A DNA stretch of 64,000 bases from Chiloscyllium plagiosum (taxonomy: Eukaryota): contig NC_057734.1 in the NCBI RefSeq assembly GCF_004010195.1, positions 44,167,606-44,231,605 on the forward strand, in the 5' to 3' direction. The notes beneath the pieces were generated by a model that saw nothing but the letters and a program-made list of their open reading frames with translations, was not told where the DNA came from and made no database searches. Below are positions 1 through 13,785 of the stretch, piece by piece; within the stretch, counting starts at the first letter, position 1; every line of letters begins with the position of its first letter. A program made the translations under genes and the position numbers.

Positions 1-170
1 GCGAGGTACGGACATCAGAGGATTACTGAGGAATAGAAGAACATCATCTGCATAAAGGGTAATTTTATGTTTACCTGTACCAATCCTCGGGGCCGTTATA
101 TTAGGATCAGCTCGTATAGCTTCTGCTAGTGGTTCAATTATTAGCGTAAATAACAATGGCGAGAGGGGCA
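1..170 (-). mobile_element. L1-clade LINE ORF2 reverse transcriptase fragment
   Basis: Translates PLSPLLFTLIIEPLAEAIR..KITLYADDVLLFL (YADD motif). Confidence 0.85.
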
Positions 171-2650
171 AGTACACCAGTTAATCAAGTCATTAGACAT
201 AATCTTCTGCAGTAACATTTAGAGTCCAGAGAGGAGGAACTTGAATTACAAATCGCCGAGCCTTAGTATCGCAAGATTCATTGAACATAAAAACTACATA
301 AACTAAACCCACTACAGTTAAGAAACCTACACAGCTATCAAAGATTATGTACAATAAAAATCAAAAACAAACCAACATATGAAGCATCAGTGGCGCTGAA
401 TAGGGGAACTCATCCCCTGCCCAAAGGGAGCACCTATGCATCCCAGAAGCCAACTTCCCATCCTGCTGCCAATACTGCAGCCAGATCACTTAAATACCTG
501 AACCAGGCATAAACTGCCCATAAATAAGCATCCAGCCATCCCAACCGTTATCACTCCTCCTAGCTAGAGTTGCACCACAAACACAAGCAGAAAAGAAGGA
601 AAATACACTATGAAATAACAATATGAACAAAGACATTTAGACGAGAAAGGGTAAGTTACCCACCCATCCTTTGGTATAACTTAACATAGAAATTGCATGT
701 ACACATCCCAAATGCCCCCGAACATAGTTTAGACCAGATTATTACCAATAAGAAGAACAGGCAAAGAAAGCCCTGACCAGACCTCCTCTTTTTTTTGAAG
801 AAAAACAACACTACTATTTGTACATACGAAATTTTTCAAATTAAGTTAATTGGTCCAGAAAGTCTCTTGCCTTCTCGAACGTGTCAAAGAGATGTACAGA
901 TTCATTTAAGGTGATCCAAACCACTGCCAGATATCTCTCTGTCTTCTCTTGACACTGTCATGGGATTTTTGGATCACTGCCATTGAGAAGTCCTGGAAGA
1001 ACATAATCTTACAGTCCTCGTAAACTCGGGCTTTTGGATTCTTCCCCTCGATCTGGAAGCTTCCACAATTCTCTCGTTATCTGTATAGTGATGAAACCGC
1101 ACCAAGATAGCAAGAGGACGTTGGTCCAGACCTGACTTCCATGCCATGACCAGTGAACCCTCTCAATCTTCAAGCCTCACATTCCAGCCTCCAAGTCATG
1201 AAATTTCGGCAACCATCCTCAACAAAAATCCATCAGCTGCTCACCTTTCTTGTCCACTGGCAGACCGACAATCTGATGATTTTTTCTTCTGCCCCTGTTC
1301 TCGAGGTCATGAACATGGTCAAGCAACCTACAGACCTGCGTCTCCAGGGCCTGGATCACATCCTTGAAGGAACTGGTATCAACTTCCATCACTGCGACTC
1401 TGTAGTCTACCCCCTCCGTCCTATTCTCCAGGTTTCCCAGCTGCTGTTCATGCTTCTGCAGCATGATAGAGATCGGGGCCAGCTTCTCCTCTATCTGCTT
1501 GCTCAATATCTCGAGAGATTCCATGAGCTCCTTCATCAGGACCTCATAAGAAATTGAGTCCAAGGGTCCTGCAGCCTGGGCCACGGGCCGGCATTGGACA
1601 TACTTCCTCCTTTCTTTGGAATCCCTCGACTGCAAAAACCAAGGTAGGTTGCTCACTGATCGTTTCCCAGGGCTCCACGATCTTTCCAGTATCCCAGGAT
1701 ATCACAGTGGTCTAGGTACAGTGGGTGACGGCTTCGTCCTACTGGCGATGCAGGGCATAGCAGGGCAACATGAACTTCCTAGATCACCGCCATCTTGGAT
1801 CCCTTGTCTGGTCGTCTTTAACAATGGAAAGCAGCACAATTTCCAATCTTAACGCAAGAACCTTGGACAAGATTTTAAAATCAGAAATTAAAAGTGAAAT
1901 GGGTCTATAGGAGGCACATTCGTCTGGGGTCTTCCCTTTCTCAAAGATAAGAGAAATATTAAACTCTTAACAATGGTGGGAAGCGATTGTGGCTGTATTA
2001 TACATGTCTAACATCGGCCCCGACAATACATTTATAAATTCTTTGTCAAACTCACTAAGAAGACTGTCAGGGCCAGGCACCTTCCCACTCTGCATCTGCT
2101 TCACAACCTCCTGTACCTCTTGCACTGTTAAAGGGCATTAAGGAAATACACCTGTTCAGGGGTAGCATCTGGAAGATCCAGGTTCTTAAAGAAAGATTCC
2201 ATCTTAGCCCATCCATCCTCACAATGTTCAGTCTGGTATAGTTCCAAATAAAATTTCTGAAATGGAGCATTAATATCTTTAAAATTGCAAGTGACAATTC
2301 CTGTCCTGTCCCTAACTGAAGTAATGGATTGGGGAGCATTCTTTTTCCTGCCAAGATATGCTAGTTCCTTGCCCGGCTTGTCACCATTCTCAAACAGTCT
2401 TTGTTTTTCAAAAGAAGGTTCCTTCCTTGCTATTTGAGTGATCATGGTATTCAAGGTGGACCGACGAGCTGTAACCCACTGCCGCTTAGCCAGCAATGGC
2501 CTATCAAAATATGCCTTCTTGGCTGTCCTTAGCCATGCCTCAAGCAGGCGTCACTGCCCCTGCTTCTGTCATTTCTGACTGGCAGAATAAGAAATAATGA
2601 TCCCCGTCATCAGCCTTAGCAGTCTTCCAAAGAATAAATGGGTTACTGCC
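171..2650 (-). mobile_element. Decayed L1-clade LINE composite (5' UTR, ORF1, ORF2 start, abutting a second ORF2 fragment)
   Basis: ORF1-like coiled coil with LENRGRRKN (1219-1656). ORF2 linker motifs FENGDKPGKELAY and FQKFYLELY (2128-2496). Confidence 0.85.
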
Positions 2651-2659
2651 CATATGTGC

Positions 2660-3822
2660 TCAGCAAGCGTATATTCCAGTGAACAGGAAGGACTGTCAGA
2701 AAAAGGGTAACCTCCCATGGGTGTCTAAGGAAATAAGGGAGGTTCTCACATTGAAAGAGAAGGCATACAAAGTGGCCAAGAGCAGCAGGAAGTTTGAAAA
2801 TTTGGTCAATTTAAATGTCAAAGGAAAGCCACAAAAAGAGCTGCATAGAAAAGTAAGATAGAACGTGAGAGAAAAAAAACTAGCACAGAATATAAAGGCA
2901 GATAGATAAGTTTCTATAAATATGTAAAACGAAAAAGAATGGCTAAAGTCAATATTGCTATCTTAGAGGATGAGAAGGGGGCATTTAGTTCTGGGATTTG
3001 AATGAAATAGCTAAGGCATTGAACAGGTATTTTGTATCAGTCTTCATCATGGAATACACTAATAACATGCCAGTAATTGACAAAGAGATGAAGGTAGGTG
3101 AGAATCTTGAAATAATCATTATTATGGAAGGTGTAGTGCTGGGCAAGCTAATGGAGCTAAGGATAGACAAGTCTCCTGGCCCTGATGGAATGCATCCCTG
3201 GGGTCAGTATTGGGACCGCAAATATTCACAATTTATAAAGATGATTTGGAGAGCAGTGTGTCAAAGTTTGCAGATGACATTAAGATGAGCGGCAGAGTAA
3301 AGTGTGCAGAGGACAGTGAAACTTTGCAGAGGAACATAGATACTGTAAGTGAGTGGCCATGGGTCTGACAAATTGAATCCCATGTTAATAAATGTGAAGT
3401 AATCCATTTTGGCAGGAGTAAGAGTAAAAAGTTGCAACATGCTGTTATGTAGAGGGACCTAGATGCCATTGAGCAGAAATCACAGAGGATTGGTCTGCAG
3501 ACACAAGTAATTAAGAAGGCAAATGGAATTTTGTTCTTCATTGCTAAAGGATTGAGTCCAAAAGCAGAAAGTTTATGTTGCAGCTGTATAGGTGATGATG
3601 AGGCCACACTTGGAGTATTGTGCGCAGTTTTGGTCTCCTTACTTGAGAAAAGATATACTGACATGAGAGGGGGTGCAGAGGAGGTCCACTTAGGTTGAAT
3701 CCAGAGTTGAGGGGGTTGGTTTATGAGGACAGACCGAGTAGACAGGGATTATATTCATTGGAATTCAGAAGAATGAGTGGGGAACCTTATAGAAACATAT
3801 CAAATCATGAAGGGAATAGATA
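2660..3822 (+). mobile_element. CR1-type LINE fragment (internally deleted paralog of 43600-46378)
   Basis: KSPGPDGMHP and KFADD-like motifs. Aligns to 44430-46120 with deletions. Confidence 0.85.
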
Positions 3823-4082
3823 GTGATGTTCTCACTTGACTATTAATGCAGAGATCAAAGTAGTGCTCTGGGGACTGCATTTCAAATCCTGCCATGGTAA
3901 ATTTGAATTTCAATGTAGATCTAGAATTAAGATTCTCATGGTAGCTCTTGTCAAGGTAATTATCCATTGGATTCACTGAGACCTTTTAGGGGAGGACACT
4001 GATGTCCATACCCAGTCTGGTCTGCATGTGACTGCAGACTCAGAACAATGTAGTTCATTCTTAACTATAAACACTGACCAGT

Positions 4083-4567
4083 TCACTGGCCACTTGGGTG
4101 TTTCCTTTCTTCCTGGTCGTGGAAACTGAATAAAGATTCATGCACCTTGTGTCTTTCACTGTATCTCACACCTGCACACACACAACATGGATGCTGGGGG
4201 AAAAATAAACAAGGGAAATACGTGGTGTCCAACAACACCCTGTAGTTGTTAAGAGAGAGGTGGGCGCCGCAGGGAGTGGAGTGTATTATTTCCCCGTCCA
4301 ATTCTATTTCGATTTAATCCCTGTCCTCCCCTTCACTGTTTGATCACACAGCATTGTCCTTTGATGTGAAGGGCACTGCTTGTCACTAGCCACTCGGGTG
4401 TTTCCTTTCCTCCTGGTGGTGGAAATTTGAATAAAGATTCGTGCACCTTGAATCTTTGACTGTGTCTCACACCTGCACACGCACAACATGGGTGCTGGGA
4501 AAAAAATAAGCACTACCGCAGTTAAGCGGTAGAGTGAGGGTAAAAAAAAATAAAAAAGGAGTTAAAA
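4083..4567 (+). mobile_element. Non-LTR retroelement 3' end with ~125-bp internal direct repeat and A-rich tail
   Basis: TSD AAACACTG(A/G)CCAGT at 4069-4082 and 4568-4581. Absent from the paralogous site near 46810. Confidence 0.7.
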
Positions 4568-5151
4568 AAACACTGGCCAGTGACACTCACATCTTGTGAA
4601 TGATTTTTTTTTAAAAAAAAGCCTTCTATCACCACCCACCACTTCTTCGCGTTAAGGTCATCACATCTTGCCAAGTCCACCTGGATCCTGTGTGGGATCC
4701 TGTGAAAGGCTCTGTTGGAAGTTTAGAATTTTATGCTTTCCGAAGTTACTGCAGTCGAAACAGTCTTCAGCAGTAACTCCTCGACAAGCAGTCAACTGCC
4801 GACTCATTAACTCACAGAACCAGTGATCATATTTTTACAATCTGTGATTGCAATTGCAATTTTCAAGAATACAAAACTTCATATTTTTGCAACAGATTTA
4901 AATGATTTTCAAATGTATTGCAATCAGCTGGAAAAAAAAGATTATCACAGGCTAACACTGCTCATATTGCTCTTCTCGCTTTGAAATTTTACAATTCTTT
5001 AATAGGATGTGGATATCAATGGCAAGACCAGCCTTTGTTATCCACCGCTCCCCCCCCCCCGCCCCCAACATTGCCCTTGTGGTCAATGGCTGTTTTGGCC
5101 TTTCCAAAGTGCATTTAACAGTCAACCACATTGCTGTGGGTCTGGAATCAT

Positions 5152-5228
5152 ATGTTGGCTCAACCAGGTATGAACAGCAGATCTCCACCATTTGGAGATC
5201 TGCTGTTCATACCTGGTTGAGCCAACAT
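5152..5228. repeat. Perfect 36-bp inverted repeat with 5-nt loop
   Basis: ATGTTGGCTCAACCAGGTATGAACAGCAGATCTCCA-ccatt-TGGAGATCTGCTGTTCATACCTGGTTGAGCCAACAT. Confidence 0.95.
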
Positions 5229-5687
5229 CGATGTGTTTAGACAAGTATATTTGTCATAACACATCTGCACCACATATGGGACTTAAACCCAGACAAACGG
5301 ACACTATAACTTCGCCACAAAACCATAACGTTCATGGGTGATGCTGCTTTATTTTTGGCAGTGCCTCAGTATGTTGGACCTTTGGCTTAGACTGACAATG
5401 AGCTTTGGCGTCCTCTGATGGTGCTAAACCAAACTTCATGAATAGAAGTATGTTCTAACATTACATCAGAAAATTATTTTTGCATTTGCTGAAATTTATT
5501 AATAATACTTATTCAGCTCTCTGGTGACTCTTCAGTATGCTTTGATTGTTCATTCCTTAATTACATTTACCAATCTAAACAGTAGAAACATTGATTTTGA
5601 GTAACAAATATATTACAGCAAATGTCCCTGTAACAATAGATACTGAGTACTGAATGGGTTAAAAATTGAGGAGATCAGATACTAGAA

Positions 5688-5868
5688 ATGATTTGGAGAT
5701 GCCGATGTTGGACTGGGGTGTACAAAGTTAAAAATCACACAACACCAGATTATACTCCAACAGGTTTTTTTTGGAAGCACTAGCTTTCTGAGCGCTGCTC
5801 CTTCATCAGGTCACAACCAAATGTTGTGACCTGATGAAGCTAGTACTTCCAAATAAACCTGTTGGACT
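5688..5868. mobile_element. Penelope-derived inverted-repeat element with minimal hammerhead core
   Basis: - strand CTGATGAAGGAGCAGCGCTCAGAAAGCTA (5781-5809). A partially deleted inverted copy follows. Confidence 0.6.
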
Positions 5869-7285
5869 TCTCACCAGGCACTAAAAAGACATGCTTTAGT
5901 GTAGAGGCTAAATCACTATGTCGAAGTAGGGATGTAACTGAATGCACTGTCGATACGTTTTGGAAATCTGAAGATCTTGAGTCTGTGTGATTTACATCTG
6001 AAATTCTGATGGCAATGTCTTGAGAGCACGATATACAGCATGTATTTGGGAAGAAACATAATCAGCCTGAGTACCGAAAGTAAATTCCCTATGTTTTCTT
6101 CCAATTTCCCACGTGGACACAAGTGCAAGCTTAGCTCAAGAACAGCAGAGGCCCTGTCTCTGAAGTATCTGTAGATCTGTTGTGAAGCCATGGTGGAGTA
6201 TCAGGAGAATTTGTATAAAACGCTACAGTCTCTCCATCTGATGTAGTGAGCAAAGTTCACCCTTCCCCTCTAAAGCTTCTACCAGTGACCATTGAATAGC
6301 AAAGTTGCAGAAAAAAGAACCACAGCATTTTTGACTTCTTGGTTGTGGATGATTTGTTGGGAGGGGATTCATCATCTGCAAGACCCTAGCCTTGTGGAGG
6401 TGCCTTTTTGGACGAGAGGAAGGAAGGGGGTGCTTTGCAAAAATTCTGATAGCTATGTCGTGGAGCCAACCCCTGACATATTGTCCCCCCCAGCTGTATT
6501 TCTCCCCATAAGTGCGCTGAGTACACAAATGTCAATCCACCTGGCAGTGGTAGGATGCTAATTGAGGCACCGAGGAGTTAATTAAGCAGCATTTTCCTGT
6601 CAGCAGGGAGACCCGACTGCAATTATCTGGACCTCTACAGGGTTATGTTAAAAGCAGGGGAAAGTTCTAAGGCAGCACATGAGAAGCAAATACAGTCATA
6701 TGGAGGTATTATCACCGCAGATTGATGCCTCAAGTGTTTTTATTTCTTGTCATGCTTTCATGTCTATGCCTGGGTGCTGCTGACAAAGTCAATATTTGTT
6801 GCCCATCTCTAATGGCCCATGAAGTGAAAGGCTTTCTGGGTCATTTCAGAGGTCAGTAAGAGTCAGTCGCTTCGCTGTTGTTCTGGAGTCACGAGCAGAC
6901 CAAACCAGAGAAAGGATCCTTTTTTTTCTATAAGGGCTATTAGTAAACCAGAGGGATTTGAAAACATTTGGTAGCAGTTGTTCTGGTCACCATTACTGAG
7001 ACTAGCTCCGTATTCTACATGGTGTAATTGAATTGAATTGAATTTCTCAAGCTGTCGTCTGCACTTGCCCATAACATTAATGTTGGAAGGCTAGTCCGGA
7101 AAAGTTAGCACGAGGCTGTTGAGTTGTCGTATAAACTGCTGGCCACACCCTCTTATTTTCACTCTCTGACTCCTTCTTCACTTTCTCTTATTTTGCTTTC
7201 CATTTATATTTTATCCGATCAGCTAGGCCAAAGTTCCTTATTGCCCCATCCAGGCGTTAAAATTGAGGCAGACTGCAGTTTCGAA

Positions 7286-7452
7286 GAGTGTGGTGCTGGA
7301 AAAGCACAGCCAGTCAGGCAGCATCCGAGATGCAGGAGAATCAACGTTTCGAGCATAAGCCGTTTATCAAGAATTCTGCTGAAAGGCTTATGCTCGAAAC
7401 GTCGATTCTCCTGCTCCTCACATGCTGCCTACGCAGCTGTGCTTTTCCAGTG
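7286..7452. mobile_element. Penelope-derived inverted-repeat element (degenerate hammerhead cores)
   Basis: Inverted arms CTGGAAAAGCACAGC..GCTGTGCTTTTCCAG around CTGCTGAAAGGCTTATGCTCGAAACGTC. Related partial copies at 10550-10692 and 47470-47530. Confidence 0.6.
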
Positions 7453-7967
7453 ACTCCAGACCCACAGCAATGTGGCTGACTTTTAACTAGCTAATTAAGG
7501 ATGGGCAATAAATCCTGACCTAGCTCGTGATGCACACGTCCAATGACTAAAAAAAAATCCTGATCTTCCAGTGGCCTTCCGGATACAACACGTGTTCATC
7601 ACTGGAAATTTGATTTCAATTTGATATGTTCCGTTTAAAGTTTTGTTTTTGACACAATAACATGAAATGCCTCTTTCAAATGGGCCATTTGACTGGCAGC
7701 TTTTGTTGCACTTTCTTTTATATTTTTATATCATTTATCAACACAGAGATCACAAATGTTGACATTTCTGTCAGTGCAATCTAACCATGATTCTAAACAA
7801 GTTGAACAGAACCTCCTTGCAGTTGAATCTCATCCCTTTAAGAAAGCCTGTGTACGGGCTCTGCATTGGGTAAAATGTTACTTTATGTATTAATCAATAC
7901 TAGTTTCAAAAAGAGGCAAGATCATGCCAGTGGGCCTGATAATGAACTGCTTGGGGTCAGCTGTGAT

Positions 7968-8263
7968 GATTACTTACAGTGTGGAAATAAGCCTTTCGGC
8001 CCAACAAGTCCCCACCAACCTGCTGAAGCGCAACCCACCGAAGCGCAACCCCCCCAGACCTACCTAACAGCACGGGCAATTTAGCATAGACAATTCACCT
8101 AACCTGCACATTTTTGGACTGTGGGTGGAAACCGGAACACACCCACGCAGACACGGGAAGAACGTGCAAACTCCATGCAGTCAGTCGCCTGAGGTGGGAA
8201 TTGAACCCGGGTCTCAGGATGCTACGAGGCAGCAGTGCTAACCCCTGTGCCACCATGCCGCCC
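7968..8263 (-). mobile_element. HE1-type tRNA-derived V-SINE
   Basis: tRNA A/B boxes plus the V-domain core GGAGTTTGCACGTTCT..GTGTCTGCGTGGG. Absent from paralog B. Confidence 0.85.
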
Positions 8264-9305
8264 ATACATGATGTTGGTTTGCTGACACTGGTGGAAAATT
8301 CAACACACTTGGAAAACTCACTTGGTCTCTAACTAGAAACCGTGATGCATTTGAAAGATTTTTTTTCTTCTCTGTCATTCTGTTTAATTAGCAAGGCAAT
8401 CAAAAAGGAATTGCCATTTTGGGATTGGAGAGTGTAAAGAAATGACCAACTTTATATAGCGCAGTTCACAGCTTTGGATCGTGACCAGGTTTCACCGCCT
8501 ATAAAATACTTTCTAACTGTGGTCTCAACTCCATATTGTCACCTACCGTTGATCTATCTTGTTCAGCCTTAAAGCATCCAGTGATCCAGCCCAACAGTGC
8601 TCTCTGGAGAAGGGAAATTCCAAAGGATCTGAGAGAAAAACAAGCCCTCATTTTCGGCTTAAGTAGATGACCTCTTATTTTTACACTCTGTCTCCTTCTT
8701 CAGGTCCACCTCAAAATAACATCTCACCACTTCTGTTAACTTTTCTTATTGTTTTGCCTGAACTCCTTCCTGACCGACTTTTAAAAAAATAATCTAGACG
8801 CCAATGTTTAAATATTTGAATATTTCTCTGTATTTTTCGCAACTGTTTAGCATACGGGTCCCCTCGCAGGAAGAGGAGAAGAATGCGCAGGAAAATATCA
8901 CAAATCCAGCAGCTCTTGCAAATCCATAAGCTAATAATAAAGTATCAACTATTGGAGGTACACACACTGGAGTCAGTCGATGTCTGCCTGTCAGCCATCC
9001 CTTTCTGACTCTTCCTGTGAAATCCTTCTGGTGCATTTGCCCCTCATGTTGTGAGCTATACAACATTTTGCGTACTCAAGATATTTGTTATTTAATCAGG
9101 TCGAATTGTAAGACATTGATACAGTGCACGGAAATTAAATGGCGTTATTTTGCTTAAAGATAGGAAGGTCAAAACCTTGAAGTAATCAACATTGTAAAAT
9201 TGGATGGGATTCAAATTAAGAAACAAATTATGAAATGGAAAGTTATTTTTAACAGTAATACAGAAAATACAACATTTGTAACAATAAAGCATTTTAACAT
9301 CTTCA

Positions 9306-9634
9306 TCAAATGCAGCTTGATTTCCTGATGCTTTGCTCAAGTGTGGAGCTGAGGGTCTGGTGTTGCACCCCGCAGGAGTAAAGCTCGTGTGAGGTCCATT
9401 CAGAAGCTGACAGAGTGAGGTAACTCCTTACACTGTATGTCTGGTCAGAGTCCTGTAGGGTTGAGCTCGTCTGGACGCCGGTCTGCCTGACTTTGCCGTC
9501 CACACTCCACACCAGCGTCACCGACTCCGGGTAGAAATGACTGACCATACACACCAGCGTCGCCTCGTTGGCTCCTGCAATTTGCTGTTCTTACGGGAGG
9601 AGGAGCAACACTGTGGGCTTGCTTGGCTGACGAC
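9306..9634 (-). pseudogene. IGLC: IgL cluster A constant exon with premature stop
   Basis: About 97% identical to the cluster B C exon (10 differences counted). TCA changed to TAA at 9591-9593. Downstream poly(A) hexamer reads AACAAA (9084-9089). Confidence 0.93.
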
Positions 9635-12600
9635 CTAGAAGCAAAAGGCCAAACACTCCTTGTGAGTTCACTTACACATATGAATTATAAACAGTGTCAA
9701 ACCCGTATTTAAACACCGAATATATCTGATTCTGAGCTGTAGAGACCTGCACTTGCCATGGGTTTATATTTCTGAGAAATTTTACTTGGATACATATATA
9801 CTCATTAGTAAGTTCAACAAACATGTACAAAGCCGAATATCCTTAAACTGCAACTAGAAAACGAAGCGTTCTGTCACTCAGTCTTGCCGAAGAGTCTGAA
9901 AATTGCTGTTGTTACGCAGACATATTTACAATGGGCTAAAAAATGTATCTGATTATTTTGACGACTAGCTCTCAAAAATCGATGTACATATTGGCAAGGA
10001 GGAGTGGTTCTTTGTAAAATAGTACAGCATTTGACACTGGGGGGCTGCATTTTGAGAGCACTGCAGCATCAAATGCTGTGTTTCAGTAAGATGGTGGTCA
10101 TGACATTCGACTAAGAGGTGAAAGGACCCCAGTTCAAAATCAGGCCAAAATCATCAATGCTACTCTTGTTTGGGGTTGCTGTCGTGCAGTGGCAGCATCC
10201 CTACCTTTTGAGGCTAGGGGTCCAGTTTTAAGTCCCATTCATTCGGGTAGTGTGTAATAAACAGACACTCTGCTTGCTGGCAATCAGGGAAATAAAAACT
10301 GGCACAAAGTCTTTTGTATTCACAAACACAGAACTTGCTCGGAAAACTCAGCAGATCTAGAAAAACTGAAGAAGGGTCACTGGAACTTTGAACATTCTTT
10401 CCAAAGACGCTCCACGTTCGCAGTCCCCAGTACTCACTAGCTGAACATTTCATGATGAGCACCCTTAATGTATTTGCGTGGACAATTTCAAGCATAAAAT
10501 ACGTCTAAACTACAGGCATGTTATTTTAAACCCGACTGCTTTGTGACAGAATCGAAGAATGTGATGCTGGAAAAGCACAGCCGGCCAGGCACCACGAGAA
10601 GCAGGAGAATCGACGTTTCGAGCATAAGCTGTGCATCAGGAAAAAAACCCTCTTTGACTCTGATCTCCAGCATCTGCAGTCTTCACTTTCTGCCTTGTGA
10701 CAGAGACTGGCTTCCATTTCAAATTGCGTAGCAATGTGTACAGACTTCCACGAACATCAAGCAAAGACAACTTTCTCCAAATTGTATATTTGACACACCC
10801 TTAGTCCGGCCCGTCTGAACTGATGTGAAACTAAAAAAATGTGACATTTATTTCAACTGCAATTTACATGATTTAATTCAAGTACTTCAAAAGTGTACTT
10901 CCTGGTAATGTGCGCTGATATCTGAAACCATTAATCATTTTTGAAGAAAATTGAACCATTATGCTTCAGGACGTGATATAACCACAAGTGAACTTCCAAT
11001 TACAGGAGACTTATGGATATTCAGACATGTCGGCAATTAAATAAGGTGAAGTATAGCAAGTTGCGTTAGAGCTCTGTGATGCAGTGTTCCGATCTCCTAT
11101 CTATTTCAGGGGTGTATAAACACACTTCGAAACAAAAATTATCTGCAACGATTACACCAATTCGATTTTTGAACCAATACCACCGAATATTATCAATATT
11201 GAATCGTCCTTCACAACGACTTCTAAATTGCGTTAGTTATATTTTATATTGATTGTCCCAGTATCACTCGGCTGAATTTTATTCACTCCTATGAAGACTA
11301 CTGACCACTAGCAATGCCAAAACAAAGTTAGGCAGAATTATCTGGAGGGGATCATCAGTTGTGCATGGTTATTCCTTTCTCTGAGAGGCTCACGCGAAAA
11401 TTACCGAACTCATTTACATAGATACGCCTGTGACTGTAACAGAACCATTTTCTAAATTATTTGTGTTAACTCTAAACAGAATATGGGTTTTCCATTATTA
11501 ATATTCCCTAGCGCAAGGTCTTTGATCTGCAAATCCTAAGCTACATTTTCCAATTTATCGTTTCCTTACCAATAAAACACGTCACCGGGATCACTGTATC
11601 CAGCCCAATCGGCCAATTATTGCCGAATTCTACTGAGGGGCCCGATTTTCTGGAGATTAGCCAAATCCAAGATCCACATTTAGACCCAAATTACAGCGCG
11701 GGATCAGGAATGTCGCTGCGAGAGTTTATATTTCACCCGAATTCCCCGTTTGAAAGTCAGGATCTGCCTCCACCACAGCCTTAGGCAGTACATTCCCGAT
11801 CCTGAACACACCGCGTCTAAAATGTTTCTCCTCGTGTCGCCTTTGGTTCTTTTGCGTTTCACTGTAAGTCTGTGTTGTTTGGTTTGCCACCATACCAGCA
11901 ACGGGAACGATGTCCCCCAGTGAACTCTGCCTAGACATTGCATGGTCCTGGACGTCCCTATCAAATCTTGTCAGCTCCTCATTTTCTTTCAGGAGAACAC
12001 TCTGCTTCTATAATCAATCTGCATCACTGAAGCTCTGAACAGTGGAACCATTTTCATGCACGTTTTCTTTACACATCTCTAAAGCCCTCACAATCCCTGC
12101 CAACTTGATCCTAAAGCACCTGTTGTGGCCGATTTAGTGTGTTATGAAAGTTCATGAAAACTTCCTTGCTTTTGTAATCGTTCCTCCTATTTTTAAGCCC
12201 AGGATTCCGAAACTCTTTTTTTTAAGTTAAAAAAGCTCAACCCGTCCTGTCTTTAAAGATCTCATCTTGTGCCCACAAATTCCCGTGCCTGTCTCTGTTC
12301 CTCTGTCCACTGTAGAATTCCATTCATTTTTCCCCCATTACCCTTCCTTACACCATGACCTCCGTGCAATGTCCTCGGCCTGTCATCACACTAGTCATTC
12401 TTGAAATTCAGTGTTATCTTCCGTCCAACTCACAGCACTCCCAAGTTTTTGCATCAGGCTAACGTTGCAATTGTGCACAGTATACCAAAGCCCACTTTAT
12501 TCCTATAGATCAGTAAGCAGCAATCTCAGGGGGGCTTCACTACATACATTCCTATAGCCCAGAAAGTAACCCATTCACCGTGATTCAGTATTCTGTCTTT

Positions 12601-13785
12601 CAACCTGCTCGCTAGCGACGCTGTTCCTTTTCATCCATGGCTCCCTTGGACTGGCACTGTCGGTGTCTGATTTCTCCAGGTTAGGAAAAGACCCGCACAT
12701 TTCTGCCTGGTAACAGCAACAGTTTAATCCTGTTTCACGTTAGAAGATCCATGGGATATTATTTCCTTGAAATTAGAGCAAGACCAGTGTAGGGGCTGTT
12801 TCTGGGACAAGTTCCTTGCCGGGATTCCTCTGGGGGCCTGAAGATAATCCAATTCTACCTGCCGATGTGGAACATGGTCATGAAACCACCCCGTGGTTTG
12901 GTGCAATTTACACGAATGGTCTGCAAATGGAAACAACGTTGACCCCCGTTTCTACATGGGTTAACTTCTTGGGTTTGAGCAGAGCTAGGCCAAAGGCAGA
13001 TATTTTACTAGCCCATGGGGGTAGTGTTGGTGTGGGAGGGGTGCCATGGGATTCATGGAGTATAACGTGTTGGTTGAATCCCCCGATTGTTTCCTATCAA
13101 CATTGGCTTTTCCAAGACGGATCTCCAGTTGTTAATGGTTACCCGCTCATGCAGTGGTGGGAAATGGAAGGTAGAATTAGCCCCCAGTCAGCATTGCCGT
13201 GCCATTTTTACTGGAGGTAAGCCCTCAGTCGATGTGCTTGCAGCAACTTTAGGCAGACTGTATGAAATTTTGTGGGGATCATCTCATGATATAGCTCTCT
13301 ATTTGACTCTCTGCTCTCACCTCTGCTCCTGGAGGCTGCCCCTATCCCCCCGCTCCTCACTGACGCCGACTCCATGGTAAATCCATGAGTGCTGGAGAGG
13401 AAGCGCCGCTGCGCCTAACATTAAGCCAGCGAGTGCGCGACTCAAACAGGAGGGCTCGGGACCCGGAGGTATTCCCTTCATCTGCCTGTAAAAATAAACT
13501 AATTTCTCGTCTCTAGGTCATTGAATCACTCGGACGGACGTTTGGGGTACTTGAGGATTGGAAGAGGTTTGGAACACGACTGAAATATCAAGTTGCAGTT
13601 AAGTGAAACTCGCAGTTCCAACGTGAAAACGAGTTTCAATTTCCATCCATCACCATGTTTCAAGCTATTTGAATTTAAACCGCCATATCATTGATTATTG
13701 GAGAACATGGTAGGACTCCAAAACGAAGCTTCTTAATATTTTAAAAACGCCTGACTCATTAAATATATAACATACTAATCAACCT

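Noticed and set aside
1703-1709. CACAGTG heptamers (here and in SINE heads) as possible RSS
   Set aside because: They lie inside retroelements, have no properly spaced nonamer, and have no adjacent V or J segment.
8612-8621. Perfect NF-kB site GGGAAATTCC downstream of C
   Set aside because: It lies within a LINE 3' relic, and the paralog reads AGAGAATTCC, so it is not conserved.
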